From assembly GCA_963813815.1 (NCBI GenBank), contig CAWFAD010000012.1, positions 185,421 through 249,420 on the forward strand: a stretch of 64,000 nt of DNA, read 5' to 3'. The position numbers and the translations under genes are program-made. Shown piece after piece: positions 1 to 11,227 of the stretch (its first letter is position 1; every line of letters begins with the position of its first letter). Origin of the DNA: an uncultured bacterium (GTDB lineage Bacteria; Krumholzibacteriota; Krumholzibacteriia; Krumholzibacteriales; Krumholzibacteriaceae). The notes below the pieces were generated by a model, which saw only the letters and a list, made by a program, of their open reading frames with translations, ran no database searches and had not been told where the DNA came from.

Positions 1-1074
1 GTCGGAGACGTCCCACCCGTACTGGTAGCAGACGATTTCGCCGCCGTAGCTTTCGGCGGTGGCCTCCCAGCGGAAGTTGAGCGTGACGCCCGGAGGTATG
101 TCGCGCTTCTCGGCATTCAGGTTCGTGCCGAGGAACTGAAAGGTTCCGAGAAACGGCTCGGAGATGTTGAGCGTCGGGCCGGCCTGCTCCGACACGATGA
201 ACTGCCGCACGTTGGATTCGCGGTCGAAAATGCTCGTGACCGCTCCCGCCTCGTCCTTCGCCTGAACGGCGAAGATATGCGAGCGGTTCAACTCGAGAAC
301 CTCGTCGTCGCCGAGAATCGTGAGGCGCCCCGAATCCCCCTCCGCTCGATACCAAATCCACGATTGCCATTTGTCTTCGTAGCGTTCGGGGTGGTCGTTG
401 AGGTCGGCGACGATGTCGAAGGTCGCGTCGTATACGCCGAGGGGATTGATGAGGAGACTGTACAGGTACCGGATGGAATCGGGATCCTGCGTGTTGTCGG
501 GCGAATCGATCGGGTCGCGGCCCGTCCATCCGAAAGTGATGATGCGGCTAAGAACCTGGACGGAGGTGGTCGATGGAGGCCGGGGACGATCGATCGTAAC
601 GAACGGAGCGAGCGTCCACGCGGTGAACGAGCGGTACACGGGCACCGAGCGCTTTCCCTGCAAGTCGACGGCGCGCAGGAAGAAGGTGTGCGTCTTGTCG
701 TACCGCGTATAGAGCGTGGTGCCGATGATCACGTTCCGGGAGGTGTCGTCGGCCGAAACCCTGAAGACGCTGTCGTGAGCGACGGTTTGCATCCACTTGT
801 CGAGACCCGTCGTATCCTCTTGATTGAACCCGATCGGATCGCCCGCGGCCACGACGAACTCGTACGCCGTCACCTCGCCGTCGGGATCCCAACCGCCCCA
901 GTAGAAATGCACCTGATATCCCGTCGTGTCCCCTTCCACGGGGCCGCTCGAAAGCCAGACTTCGGGCGGCAGGTTCTGGCCCCGTTCCCCGATGAGGGTG
1001 TTCTCGCACCCGAGCCCCACGGCGAGCGCGGCGAGCGCCGCGAGGACGCCGATACGCAGCAACGACGGTTTCAT
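1..1074 (-). CDS. Lipoprotein with repeated Ig/FN3-like modules (3' end truncated by the window); paralog of the upstream gene
   Basis: Not in the ORF track because it runs off the edge. ATG at 1074 with GAGGAGG RBS. Reads MKPSLLRIGVLAALAALAVGLG-C (lipobox), then NLPPEVWLSSGP...YQVHFYWGGWDPDGEV; open to base 1. Confidence 0.8.
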   Translation of the reverse strand, partial: MKPSLLRIGVLAALAALAVGLGCENTLIGERGQNLPPEVWLSSGPVEGDTTGYQVHFYWGGWDPDGEVTAYEFVVAAGDPIGFNQEDTTGLDKWMQTVAHDSVFRVSADDTSRNVIIGTTLYTRYDKTHTFFLRAVDLQGKRSVPVYRSFTAWTLAPFVTIDRPRPPSTTSVQVLSRIITFGWTGRDPIDSPDNTQDPDSIRYLYSLLINPLGVYDATFDIVADLNDHPERYEDKWQSWIWYRAEGDSGRLTILGDDEVLELNRSHIFAVQAKDEAGAVTSIFDRESNVRQFIVSEQAGPTLNISEPFLGTFQFLGTNLNAEKRDIPPGVTLNFRWEATAESYGGEIVCYQYGWDVSD

Positions 1075-1132
1075 GTTTCCCCGGACCTCCTCATCCCATC
1101 TTGCGGCTGGGATATCGAAACGCTTCAACAAG

Positions 1133-3091
1133 CTACCTCACGAGCTTCAGATACACGGTGCCGTTGCGGCCGACACGCCTCGCGTAGTTCGCGAAAAAGT
1201 AATCCGTCGTGATCCAGTTATCCGCCGGAATTACGACGCCGAGGCTATCGAACGTCGGGCTTTTTCCCCGAATGCCCTCGCTGAACATCTCCGTATCCTT
1301 GACGTCGGATCCGGTCACGTTGATGTACTGAGTCCCGAAAAAGGCGGGCGGATTCGCCACCACCGAATCGGTCTGCGCAAAAAGCTCCTCCGGCGTATCC
1401 ACGTAGGGGACCGTTATGCTGAACGACACCTCCTGCGTGCACGTATTGAGCGGCTTGTCGAACTGCCATTCCCCCTCGCGGTAAAACGCGAGATCCTGAT
1501 CCGGATCGGTCACGTAGTAACGCCACGCCTTGATGCCGGAGCCGATCCGATCCCGTTTGTCGTCATGCCCGCCGACCACGATGTGCCACTTGTAGTATTT
1601 CGTGATCGAAACGCCAAGGACGGTCTTGAGGTCGTACGGGCATACGAGATCGCCCAGCGAGCCGCGGAGCGGCGCGAGCCAGCTGAACCGGATCGTATCG
1701 TTATCCGAGTAGTGGAAGAGGGTCGTCGTCCTTTGGTCGAAAAAGCCCGTTATCATGCTGTCGATCGATGGAACGAAGTTCCCGCTGAACGTCACCACGG
1801 CCGGCGTTCCGTCGGGCCGGCTCTGCTCGTCGTACGATCGCGCCAGGAACCGGTATTCGAACGAGCCCACCCGCATCGTCGTCGAATCGACGTCGCGGTT
1901 GATGTCCTCGACGTCCGCGTTGGGGTTGGTGTCCTCGGGGGTCTTGAGCGGATACCACGGCGACAGCTTGTCCGCGGTCGGCAGTCCGCTCTCGGAGATC
2001 GACCAGCGGTTGTACTGAAACTGGAACCGGATGGGCAGCGGGGGATTCTCGTACTGCAGGTCGTCCTTGGGATCGTCCCATCCGCGGTACCGCATGCGAA
2101 GGCGCGCGTTGTACGGAAGGGTGTCCGGAATGCCGTCGCTGAAATCGACCGACAGGCTCTCCGGAAGACCGGTCGAGGCCGGCCAGTAAAAGCAATCGCC
2201 GCGCAGAATCTCGGTGTCCGGATCGTGGTTGACGACGACGCGGCAGACCCCCTCGCCGGTGATGATGTCGGATCTGGAAAGCGCGCCGGCCTCGTCACGG
2301 GCAATGACCTTGAAGTTGAACGCTCCGCTCGGCAGAACCTCGGCGCCGGTGTTGGGGAGCACGACCGATACGACCTCGTCCTGCCTCTCCGGTATGAGCC
2401 AATCGACGGTGCCGTCGCCGTCGTAGTCCGGATACACGACGCCGCCGTAGCTCCAGCGATACCCCGTGATGACGTTGTTCACGGTCGTCCCGAGGAACTT
2501 GACCGTAAAGGGAGCGAACATGCTGATGGTATCGAGCGCGCTCGGATCGTAGGGCACGTCTCCGGCGCCGAAATTCAGCCAGAACTGAACCTTCGGAATC
2601 CCCCGGACGCGGGCGAAGAACTGAATCCGGGCCGGGCTGGGGTCGATGCGTCCGCCGTCGTCGATCGACGCCACATGAAAGGCCTGCCGGTTGATCATGG
2701 CGAGCTTGACGTCGTCGAATCCCTTGAAAATGATCACGGTGTCGGTCTTCGTGGTGAACCGTCCGCGCAGGTAGTCGGCGATGCGCTGCTCCGGATTCCA
2801 GTCGCGCAGCTCCGTGTCGGGATTGCCTTCGGGATCGAGGGTGAGCAGGGTGTCGGATATGTACCAGATGTAGCGCTTGACCGTTCCGTCATTGTCCGTC
2901 CCGTGCCAGAACATGTGGACGCGATAGTCCGTCGCGGTCGTCTCGGTCGGCGAGTTCGTGAGATACGTCCCTGGCGCCTGATTGCGGTCGAGCGGTTCCG
3001 GCTCGCGCCGGCACGCGGGAAGGAGCATGAGGAGAACGAGCGCGGCCGCGAGCGCGGCCTCAACTGCGAACAATGCCTTCATCCGTCCCAT
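1133..3091 (-). CDS. Lipoprotein with repeated Ig/FN3-like modules
   Basis: Signal ending LLPA-C; NQAPGTYLTNSP...YRVHMFWHGTDNDGTV and VIARDEAGA motifs shared with the downstream paralog; start 3091 or 3082. Confidence 0.8.
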   Translation of the reverse strand: MGRMKALFAVEAALAAALVLLMLLPACRREPEPLDRNQAPGTYLTNSPTETTATDYRVHMFWHGTDNDGTVKRYIWYISDTLLTLDPEGNPDTELRDWNPEQRIADYLRGRFTTKTDTVIIFKGFDDVKLAMINRQAFHVASIDDGGRIDPSPARIQFFARVRGIPKVQFWLNFGAGDVPYDPSALDTISMFAPFTVKFLGTTVNNVITGYRWSYGGVVYPDYDGDGTVDWLIPERQDEVVSVVLPNTGAEVLPSGAFNFKVIARDEAGALSRSDIITGEGVCRVVVNHDPDTEILRGDCFYWPASTGLPESLSVDFSDGIPDTLPYNARLRMRYRGWDDPKDDLQYENPPLPIRFQFQYNRWSISESGLPTADKLSPWYPLKTPEDTNPNADVEDINRDVDSTTMRVGSFEYRFLARSYDEQSRPDGTPAVVTFSGNFVPSIDSMITGFFDQRTTTLFHYSDNDTIRFSWLAPLRGSLGDLVCPYDLKTVLGVSITKYYKWHIVVGGHDDKRDRIGSGIKAWRYYVTDPDQDLAFYREGEWQFDKPLNTCTQEVSFSITVPYVDTPEELFAQTDSVVANPPAFFGTQYINVTGSDVKDTEMFSEGIRGKSPTFDSLGVVIPADNWITTDYFFANYARRVGRNGTVYLKLVR

Positions 3092-3235
3092 AGTTCCCTT
3101 CTTTATGTCTTGTAAATCGCGCGCAACCAACATCCCAACGCTATATGTAATATAGGATTTAATACCGCCCTGTCAAACTGATTTTCACGGGGGGCGAGGG
3201 GGGCCGAAAGGCGTTCCGCGGCGGGGTTCGGAGGC

Positions 3236-3270
3236 AAAAAAAGGAGCCGGGAGCTGAGCTCCCGGCTCCT
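3236..3270 (-). terminator. Rho-independent terminator
   Basis: Perfect 13-bp stem AGGAGCCGGGAGC/GCTCCCGGCTCCT followed by a T run on the minus strand, just downstream of the stop at 3306. Confidence 0.9.
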
Positions 3271-3305
3271 GCCAGGTCAATCAGTGAGACCCGGTCGACG
3301 CCATG

Positions 3306-6300
3306 CTACCGCAGCATGACCATCTTCTTGGTCTGGCTGAAGTCCTTGGTCTCCATCTTGTAGAAGTAGATGCCGCTCGCAACAGCGCCGCCACGGTCGT
3401 TCATGCCGTCCCAGGCGATGTTGTAGGAGCCCGCATCCTTCACGCCGTCAACGAGCGTGCGCACGAGCTGCCCGGCGACGTTGTAGATCTTCAACGTCAC
3501 AAAGCCCTTCTCCCGCATGTCGATCCGGATGGTCGTCGACGGGTTGAAGGGGTTCGGGAAGTTCTGCGCGAGCGCGTAGGCCGACGGAGTCTCGTTGCCC
3601 GAAATCACGAGGTTCGTCTCGTTCTGCATCCAGACGAGCACGTCGTTCGCGATTTCGAACTTGTCCATCGGCACCGTGTTGACGTCGTCACGAACGTACG
3701 AGAAGCTGAACCCGAACCACATGGTGCGGACCGGGAACCCGCTCGTGTTCGTGGTCGCCTTCGAGATGGCGGCGTAGAAGTTCGTTCCGAGGTACGACGG
3801 ATACGTCAGGGCGTACTTTCCGCCGGCCGTCTTCTCGAGGCAGTCGAACTGGTTGATGACGAAGCAACCGCCGAAGGCGTACAGCTTGTCGGGCACGCCG
3901 CTGTGAACGAAGATGCCCGAGTCCGGTGTTGCCCGTGAGAAGCGGCGTCACGACGCCGCCGCTCAACCGGCCGCCCGTCTCTTCGAAGTAGCTCGTCGCG
4001 ACGTAGTCGACGCCGCACCAGGAGCTCATGAGGAGAAGCGCGGAGCCGCCGGCCGCGCCGTCGAGGTCAAAGGCGATGTCGTCGCCGCAGACCCAGAGGC
4101 CGCACTGGTGCTCCGAGAGGCTCATCCAGTCGACGAGCATCTGGCAGTCGTTCGCCTTGTCGCTGTGGGCCGTGCCCTCGCTGATCGTCACGGACTCGAG
4201 ATCGCCGCAATCCCACACGATCGTCTCGTACGTGCTTCTCAGCTGATAGTTCTTCGCACGGCTTCCCGGACCGTTCGAAACGCCCGAGCTCGGGGCGTTC
4301 ACGTCGTAGATGTCGATCTTGGCGTCCGGCAGAGCGAGCACGGCGTCGAACACCGGCAGCCAGTACTGCTCGACCGAGCCGAGGAACGATCCACGACCGG
4401 TGAAGTCGTCCACGAAGAGCACGTCGGTGTTGAGCGTCGGGAAACAGGTCCACTCGAAGTACGGCGGGCCCGAGCGCGAGTAGCGCGGGTAGCGCCGACG
4501 TGACGTTCTTCGCATCCACGGCCGTGAAGTAGAAATCAATCTTGTAGCCGCGGGTGAAGAGCTCGTCGTTGAGGTCGACCATGAACTTGCCTTCGACGAG
4601 GCCAGCGCCCGTCCGGGCCGAGTCGCACTGGATCTTCGTCCAGACGCCGCTCGTGCTCACGTAGTTGAAGTTCACGAACGTCTCCGGATCGTCGTCGATG
4701 AGAACCGATCCGGCGAGCGACGCACCGGTGAGATTCGGCTTCGTCGGCGCGGGGCCGATGTAGGTCGCCTTCACGTTGATGTACACGGCTGCGCCGCCGA
4801 AGGTGTTGTCCTCTTTGAGCCCGTTCGCGAGAAGCGACGTGCAATCGACCACGAGCGAGTCGCCCGGATGAATGACCGGGTTGTCGCCCGCGAAGATGTC
4901 GTTCGCCGCGTCGCAGCGGACGTAGCTCTCGATGTTGTACTCAGCCTCGGGGAAGTTGTCCTGGAAGAAATCCAGGTCGCGGTATCCCCACTGCGGACCG
5001 GCGGTCCGGTACCGGTACAGACGCACGTTGTCGATCCAGGGCGACGGAGTGTGCGCCGCGCAGTTGCCGTACGTGTTGTACCAGGCGTCGCACATGTCCG
5101 AGCAACCGATTCTGAGCTGCACCGGATCGTTGCTGCCGATGAACTTGCTCACGTCGGCGCCCGTATAGATGTAATCCATGTCGGGGCCGTAGTAAACGAA
5201 GTTATCGTCCGCCCACTGGCCGGGGCACCCGTCGATGATCGACCGGACGGACCACGTGTAGAACACGAGGTTCGAGAGCGGCAGATCGCGGTACGAGGTG
5301 AACCGGAGAATGGCTCCGCCGAGCGCGTTCAGATCGGTCGAAGTGATAGTGCCATCCTGAACGTTGTTGCACGCCGTCGAGTACATCGTCATGTTGATGA
5401 CCGGCGATACGATGCCCTCATCCTGGCACGGAGCGCTGGTGCCGCCGGGGCCCGTGCAGAACGGGGTATCGAAGAGACCCGGATAGCTCGTGCTGATCTC
5501 GCCGGAGCCGACGAAGAACACAACCTGCGTGGCGAAGTTGTCGCCGCACGGATCCTTGTCGGACAGGTTGTTGTAGAGGCCGGCGAAGCTGCCGTACGGA
5601 GTCTCCGGACGCGCGTGCCAGATCCCCGCGTCGGTCGCGTTGACGGCCGCGGCCTCGAAGTTTTCGTACAGGTTGAGGGACGCGGCGTCCTGAATGCGCA
5701 GCGCGTCGACGATGGACGCGCCGTTCGTGTTCCACAGGCCGTCCTGATCGCTCCAGGCGCCGTCGGCCGTAAAGTGGAAGCGAAGCTTCGTCCGAGCCTG
5801 CGTCGTGTACACGAACACGGTCCCCGTCGTGTCACCGAGGTCGTCGAACTCCGCGAGCTCCACCCAGTTGCCGCCGCCGCCGTCGTATTCGATCCGCGTG
5901 TAATCGTATCCAGGCTCCGAATCCCATCTCAGCATGTACGAGAAGGTGATCGTGCCCTGGAATGCGAACGGATCGCTCGTCAGCATCTGGTTCCAGTAGT
6001 TGCCGTAGCCAGGCGCGTACTCCCACGAACAGAGGTACGGATCAACGAGATTCTCGCGGCAACCGCACCACATCGACTTCAAGCCCTCGAGCGGAAGCCA
6101 GTCGGTGCCGAGGCCGGCGAAATCGTCCACGTGGAAGAACGTATCAACCTGAGCCGTGTTATCGAGCTTGGTCCAGCCCTGCCAGCTATTCGTCTCGAAC
6201 GTGTACCAGACCATGCAGTACGTATCCACGGCGGCGGACTCGTAGAGACCGCGCAGACCAGGATCGACCGACTCGAGCGACTCTTCGCTCGACCAGTCTC

Positions 6301-6403
6301 TCATGGGACGCTTGCCAGGATTCGTTACTTCGCGGGCTGCGACCGAGCCGATGAGCAGGGCAACAAAGCAGACGCCTAGTAAGAGTACTAGTGCCTTTCT
6401 CAT
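3306..6403 (-). CDS. Large secreted protein (~1030 aa) with C-terminal FlgD-Ig/T9SS-type sorting domain; split by two apparent +1 frameshifts (~4488, ~3924)
   Basis: Signal peptide MRKALVLLLGVCFVALLIGSVAA. Three consecutive ORF pieces rejoin (SALP|RYSRSGPPYFEWTC; TGNT|DSGIFVHSGVPDK). Ends YALAQNFPNPFNPSTTI...GIYFYKME...KKMVMLR. Confidence 0.85.
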
Positions 6404-6444
6404 TATTGTTTTCCCCCCATCGTTAAGAAAACAACGATGTGTAT

Positions 6445-6519
6445 CTACCGCACAACGAATTGAAGGATCTCCAAGCAAAGTGCCAAACCCCCTTTATATC
6501 GAATCATGTTGTATTTCAT
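6445..6519 (-). CDS. Possible upstream micro-ORF (MKYNMIRYKGGLALCLEILQFVVR; alternative start 6507)
   Basis: Full-length SD AAGGAGGTGA at 6528-6519; in-frame ATGs at 6519 and 6507; TAG at 6447-6445. Confidence 0.3.
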   Translation of the reverse strand: MKYNMIRYKGGLALCLEILQFVVR

Positions 6520-6541
6520 CACCTCCTTCCACGATCCGATG

Positions 6542-6675
6542 GCAAGCAGGGCTTCTTCCGTCAGAGTTCCGAAACTTAGTGTCGAGTAAGCCTGGTTCTC
6601 CAAACGGCGGTGGGGGTTGTAACCCCGCTACATAAAGGAGGCAGACCCTCTCGGGTATTCCTCCACTCTGCTTGC
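6542..6675 (-). ncRNA. Candidate structured 5' leader/ncRNA (multibranch)
   Basis: Closing helix GCAAGCAGAGU/GCCCUGCUUGC; internal hairpins GGAGG..ACCC-GAGA-GGGU..CCUCC, GCGG..CCGC, GUUUGG-AGAA-CCAGGC and AGUU-UCGG-AACU; begins right after a sigma70 promoter. Confidence 0.55.
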
Positions 6676-6686
6676 GAGACAGGGAG

Positions 6687-6716
6687 AGTGTAGCACGGAT
6701 TTTGGACCGGTGTCAA
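6687..6716 (-). promoter_or_regulatory. sigma70-type promoter
   Basis: TTGACA-N18-TACACT with extended TG. Confidence 0.7.
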
Positions 6717-6772
6717 GAGCAACTTCGGAGCGAACCGAGAGTGAAATAAAGATTTTTGACGCCGAGGGGAGG

Positions 6773-8932
6773 CTATTCCCCGGCAATCGACGAGAAGTCG
6801 ACGAAGAGCATGAACACCATATAACAGCTTAGCAGAAAAGCGATTCTGTTATTCCTCAATTTTTCGTCCTCGCAATTAACGAGAACGTCGTTGAAGTAAT
6901 TATTAATGAAAGGCGCAAGCGATTTCAGAATATCCAAAGAGAGCTCCACCGCTCCAGAACGCCGGGCCTCCCGCAGCAGGGCGCAGGCAAGGCAGATTTC
7001 TTCGTAGAGCTTTCTCTCCGCTTCGGCCGCGAAGAGAGAGGAAGAAAAGGCGAGATCCTGCTCGCGCCGCTCGGCGAGCCCGTCGAGCGCCTTGAGGCCG
7101 AGCTCCCGCGTGTAGCCCGAGCGCTTCTGTTTCGGAATGATATTGGCGACGCGCTTCATGGCGAGAACGAAGGAAGAGAGGTTCCCCTCCGCCCGCATCC
7201 GCTGCAGGTCCCTCGCCATCGCCGCGACCGCTCCGGGAAACTCCCACGGAGCGGCGAGAACGGCCGCGACGAGATCGTGGTCGTTCCCCTCTCCGCGGAG
7301 CGTGGTGTGGAGCCGCTGCGAGTAGAGCTCCCGGATCGCCGAGGCGAGATCATTCCGGCTCCGCTTCGAAAGCGAAGCGGACTCCCCGAAGAGATCGAGG
7401 CTCGTGTTCACGGCATCCGCGATCGAGAACCTCGCCCCCGTCTCGAGAGCGATCCGCATGACGCCGAGGGCCTGCCGCCGAAGCCCGTAGGGGTCCTGCG
7501 AACCGGTGGGCTCGAACCCGGCGATGAAGCAACCCGTGATCGTGTCGATCTTGTCGGCGAGCGCGACGAGCGTGGCCACGGGGCCGCGGGGAAGGCGGTC
7601 TCCCGCGAAACGCGGGAGGTAGTGCTCGAAAACCGCGTCGGCCACGTCCTCGCTTTCACCCGAGGCTCGGGCGTATTCGCGCCCGATATATCCCTGGAGC
7701 GCGGTGAATTCCTTTCCGTCCTTCACCATCTCGCTCGCGAGATCGGCCTTCGCGAGCGAGGCCGCGCGGGCGACGTGCGCCTCGATCCGCTCCCCTTCCA
7801 CCCCCCACATCTCCCGGATGGACAGCGCGAGCGCTCCGACGCGCCGCGACTTGTCGGCGAGGCTTCCGAGACCCTCGAGCCACACGATCCCCGCGAGCTT
7901 CCCGGCCATGCTCTCGAACGGCTTCGCCGTGTCTTCCTCGTAGTAGAACACGGCGTCATCGAGGCGGGCCCGCAAAACGCGCTCGTACCCCCGCACGATT
8001 CCCGCGGCGTTCCTGCGCACGCCGTCGGCGAAAGCGACGAAGGACGGCAGCAGGGCTCCGTCGTCTCCGGCGATCGAGAAGTAGCGTTGGTGGCTCTTGA
8101 GCGCGGTGACGATCACCTCGCGGGGGAGTTTGAGAAACGAGGGATCGTACGATCCGGCGAGCGCGACGGGGCGCTCGAGCAGATTCGCGACGATCGACAC
8201 GAGCTCGTCGTCCTCGACGAGGCGCCCCCCGGCCCGGGCGGCGAGGCGCTCGGCCCCGGTCCGGACGATCGCTCTCCGTTCGGCGGGGTCGAGGATGACG
8301 CCGTTGCGCTTCATGAGCGAGAAGTACCGCGCCGGCGACTCCACCGGCGTCGACGCCCTGAAGAGCGGCGAGAGCCTCGTGCGGCGGCCCGCCGCGAGGC
8401 CCGCGGCCCGCACCCGCAGGATGTCCGGTCCGTAGAGGCAGAGAATCCAGCGAATCGGCCTCGCGAAGACGGTTCCGACCGCCCCCCAGCGCATGATCTT
8501 GGGGCTCCGCAGCGAGGCGATCCACGCCGGCGCGATCTCCCGCAGGACCGCCGCGGACGGCCGTCCCTCGACGCGCTTCACGGCGGCGAGGTATTCGCCG
8601 CGCTCCGTCTCGACGCGCGAGAGGCTCTCGGGCGCCATTCCCTGCGACTTCGCGAATCCCTTCGCCGCCGCGGTGTAGCTTCCGTCGGGGGCGATCGCGG
8701 CCTTCACCGGAGGGCCGACGACCTTGCTTTCGAGAGTCGCCTGCCGCTCGGCGACGCCCCGCAGATGCACGACGAGACGCTTCGGCGTGCCGAGCACGGC
8801 GACGCCGTCGCGCTCGATACGACTCGCGTCGAGCGAGGAGCCGACCGCCGCGCCGAGCTGCGAGAGGAGGTCGTCGAGATACCCGCTCGGGAGGTTCTCG
8901 CATCCGATCTCGAGGAGAAAATCCCGTTTCAC
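6773..8932 (-). CDS. glyS: Glycine--tRNA ligase beta subunit
   Basis: [42 protein letters not shown] start overlaps the glyQ stop (GTGA). Confidence 0.95.
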   Translation of the reverse strand: MKRDFLLEIGCENLPSGYLDDLLSQLGAAVGSSLDASRIERDGVAVLGTPKRLVVHLRGVAERQATLESKVVGPPVKAAIAPDGSYTAAAKGFAKSQGMAPESLSRVETERGEYLAAVKRVEGRPSAAVLREIAPAWIASLRSPKIMRWGAVGTVFARPIRWILCLYGPDILRVRAAGLAAGRRTRLSPLFRASTPVESPARYFSLMKRNGVILDPAERRAIVRTGAERLAARAGGRLVEDDELVSIVANLLERPVALAGSYDPSFLKLPREVIVTALKSHQRYFSIAGDDGALLPSFVAFADGVRRNAAGIVRGYERVLRARLDDAVFYYEEDTAKPFESMAGKLAGIVWLEGLGSLADKSRRVGALALSIREMWGVEGERIEAHVARAASLAKADLASEMVKDGKEFTALQGYIGREYARASGESEDVADAVFEHYLPRFAGDRLPRGPVATLVALADKIDTITGCFIAGFEPTGSQDPYGLRRQALGVMRIALETGARFSIADAVNTSLDLFGESASLSKRSRNDLASAIRELYSQRLHTTLRGEGNDHDLVAAVLAAPWEFPGAVAAMARDLQRMRAEGNLSSFVLAMKRVANIIPKQKRSGYTRELGLKALDGLAERREQDLAFSSSLFAAEAERKLYEEICLACALLREARRSGAVELSLDILKSLAPFINNYFNDVLVNCEDEKLRNNRIAFLLSCYMVFMLFVDFSSIAGE

Positions 8933-9825
8933 TTCCGCTCCTTTGCGGGGGAGTTCGCGCGCGCCATGAGTGGAAAACCGAGCAGCTCGCGCCCGGCGAC
9001 GTACGCGCCGGCCGTCTGCCGCGCGAGATCGCGGATACGGGCGATGTAGCTCGTCCGCTCCGATACGCTCACCGCGCCCCGCGCGTCGAGGACGTTGAAG
9101 AGATGCGAGCACTTGACGACGCAATCGTACGCGGGGAGGATGAGTCCCTCCCCGAGAAGCCTGATCGTTTCGCGCTGGAACCGGTCGAACATGTCGAAGT
9201 AGAACGACGTGTCCGCCGCCTCGAAGTTGAACCGGCTCCATTGACGCTCCGCCTCGCGGCCGAGGTCTCCCCACGTCACGCCGCCCCCCCACTCGACCTC
9301 CATGATGTCGTCGACCCCTTGCAGGTACATGCAGATCCGCTCGAGACCGTACGTGATCTCCGCCGAGATCGGATCGAGCTCCATGCCTCCCGCCTGCTGG
9401 AAATAGGTGAACTGCGTGATCTCCATCCCGTCGAGCCAGACCTCCCAACCGAGCCCCGCGGCCCCGAGCGTCGGGGACTCCCAGTCGTCCTCGACGAGAC
9501 GGATGTCGTGCGAGCGCGGATCGATGCCGAGCGCGGAGAGCGAGCCGGCATAGAGGGGAAGGATATCGGCGGGGGAGGGTTTCATGATCACCTGAAACTG
9601 GGTGAACTGCTGGACGCGGTTCGGGTTCTCGCCGTAACGGCCGTCCTTCGGACGCTTGGAAGGCTCGATGTACGCCGCCTTCCAGGGTTCGGGGCCGAGA
9701 ACGCGGAGAAAGGTCGACGGATTCATCGTTCCGGCTCCGACCTCCGAGTTGTACGGCGTGAGAATGAGGCATCCCCGCGCGGCCCAGAACCGCTCGAGCG
9801 AGGCCACCACCTGCTGAAAGGTCAC
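8929..9825 (-). CDS. glyQ: Glycine--tRNA ligase alpha subunit
   Basis: [47 protein letters not shown] start at 9825. Confidence 0.97.
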   Translation of the reverse strand: MTFQQVVASLERFWAARGCLILTPYNSEVGAGTMNPSTFLRVLGPEPWKAAYIEPSKRPKDGRYGENPNRVQQFTQFQVIMKPSPADILPLYAGSLSALGIDPRSHDIRLVEDDWESPTLGAAGLGWEVWLDGMEITQFTYFQQAGGMELDPISAEITYGLERICMYLQGVDDIMEVEWGGGVTWGDLGREAERQWSRFNFEAADTSFYFDMFDRFQRETIRLLGEGLILPAYDCVVKCSHLFNVLDARGAVSVSERTSYIARIRDLARQTAGAYVAGRELLGFPLMARANSPAKERK

Positions 9826-10580
9826 TGGCCGCTCACCCCCTTGCACAGACGCAACGCGTTCGGCAACCGGTATCCCTCGACGTGGTTCGCGAACAGACGG
9901 TGCAGGAGCTCCCCGACCTCCCGGCGCTCGTCTCTGCCGAGCGCTCCGCGCCGCGCCGCGGCGAATCCTTCTCTCGCTATCAGCGAGAGACCGGCCGCCG
10001 CGCCGGACGACAGGACGCCCCCAGCGGCTCCGAGGCACGCCGCGCAGCTCACGTGCCCGCTCGCCGGATCGACGGCGAACCTCTCGCCGGCGAGCTCCCT
10101 GCCGCAGATTCCGCATTCGCCGAGCGAGGGAAGCGAGCCGGCGAGCGCCAGCACGCCGATCTCGAGGGCGTAGAAGAGCGCCCACGGATCCTCCGCGGAC
10201 GGCGCGAGCCGCATGAACTCCTCGATGAGGTCGAAGAGCCTCTCATCCGCGTCCCTCCCGACGACGGAGCGATCGATGATCTCGAGCCCCGCTTGGAAGA
10301 TGCAGAGCCGCTCGAGATCGTCCGCCGGTCCCCCGCAGCTCTCCGCGGCGTCGCACTCCTTGAGAATCTGGAGCCCTCCGTCCGGCCGGAAATAAAACAC
10401 CGTTTCGCAGACGCCCCCCGGGAAGAGGGCCCCGCGAAGCGGGCTCCGCTGGCGCCGCGCCCCCTTCGCCAGCAAGCGGAGCTTTCCGTGCGATCGCGTG
10501 AGGGCCACCACGATGACGCTCGACTCCCCGTACTCGTAGGTTCTCAGCACCACGGCGCGATCCTTCACGATATCCTTCAT
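9822..10580 (-). CDS. recO: DNA repair protein RecO
   Basis: [26 protein letters not shown]; CxxC...CxxC zinc motif; adjacent to glyQ. Confidence 0.9.
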   Translation of the reverse strand: MKDIVKDRAVVLRTYEYGESSVIVVALTRSHGKLRLLAKGARRQRSPLRGALFPGGVCETVFYFRPDGGLQILKECDAAESCGGPADDLERLCIFQAGLEIIDRSVVGRDADERLFDLIEEFMRLAPSAEDPWALFYALEIGVLALAGSLPSLGECGICGRELAGERFAVDPASGHVSCAACLGAAGGVLSSGAAAGLSLIAREGFAAARRGALGRDERREVGELLHRLFANHVEGYRLPNALRLCKGVSGQ

Positions 10581-11227
10581 CGAGGAAGCGCTCCGTTCTC
10601 CGCCGTCCGGTGGGCGTCCGGCACGACGGCCCCGCCCGAGATGATCACCTTGAAGGCCTCCTGCACCGAGAGATCGGTCGGGAGCGCGTCCTCCGGCGGC
10701 ACGATGACGAGAAATCCGCTCGTTGGGTTCGGCGAGGTCGGGATAAAGACGGCGAGCATGCTCTCGCCGGTTTCCTTCCGCGTCTTCAAACGCCAGTTCG
10801 CCGTGACGAAGCCGAGCATGTACATGTTGGGCCTCGGGTACTCGACGATCACGACGCGATCGAAAACGCTCCGCTCCTCCTTGAGAAACACCTCGCTGAT
10901 CTGCTTGATGGCCAGATAAACGCCGCGCACCATCGGGATCCTCTCGAGCCCACCCTCGAGCCACCGGACGAGGGTGCGCCCGAATATGCCGCCGCCCAAC
11001 ACCCCGGCCGCGAGCACGATGACGACCACCCCGAGGAACCCCAGCCCCGGAATGTCGAGATACGGATGACGTGCGCTCAGGGGCTTCAGGATGCCGTCCA
11101 CCCACACGAAAATGCGGTAGAGCACGTACACCGTCAGAACGGTCGGCAGTGTGATGAGCAGCCCCGTGAAAATTTTCCGCCTGAACCATTTCAGGAATCT
11201 TTGCCCGGCGCGGCGTCGTCCAGCCAT
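10577..11227 (-). CDS. DUF502 membrane protein (start uncertain)
   Basis: VFIPTSPNPTSGF and VVIVEYPR motifs; two N-terminal TM segments. Confidence 0.85.
   Translation of the reverse strand: MAGRRRAGQRFLKWFRRKIFTGLLITLPTVLTVYVLYRIFVWVDGILKPLSARHPYLDIPGLGFLGVVVIVLAAGVLGGGIFGRTLVRWLEGGLERIPMVRGVYLAIKQISEVFLKEERSVFDRVVIVEYPRPNMYMLGFVTANWRLKTRKETGESMLAVFIPTSPNPTSGFLVIVPPEDALPTDLSVQEAFKVIISGGAVVPDAHRTAENGALPR

Noticed and set aside
6773..11189. Apparent N-terminally extended or fused ORFs for glyS, glyQ and recO (likewise hisS and ppx)
   Set aside because: The extensions are open frames overlapping upstream genes; true starts are marked by family N-termini and, for glyS, glyQ, recO and hisS, by ATGA/GTGA overlaps.
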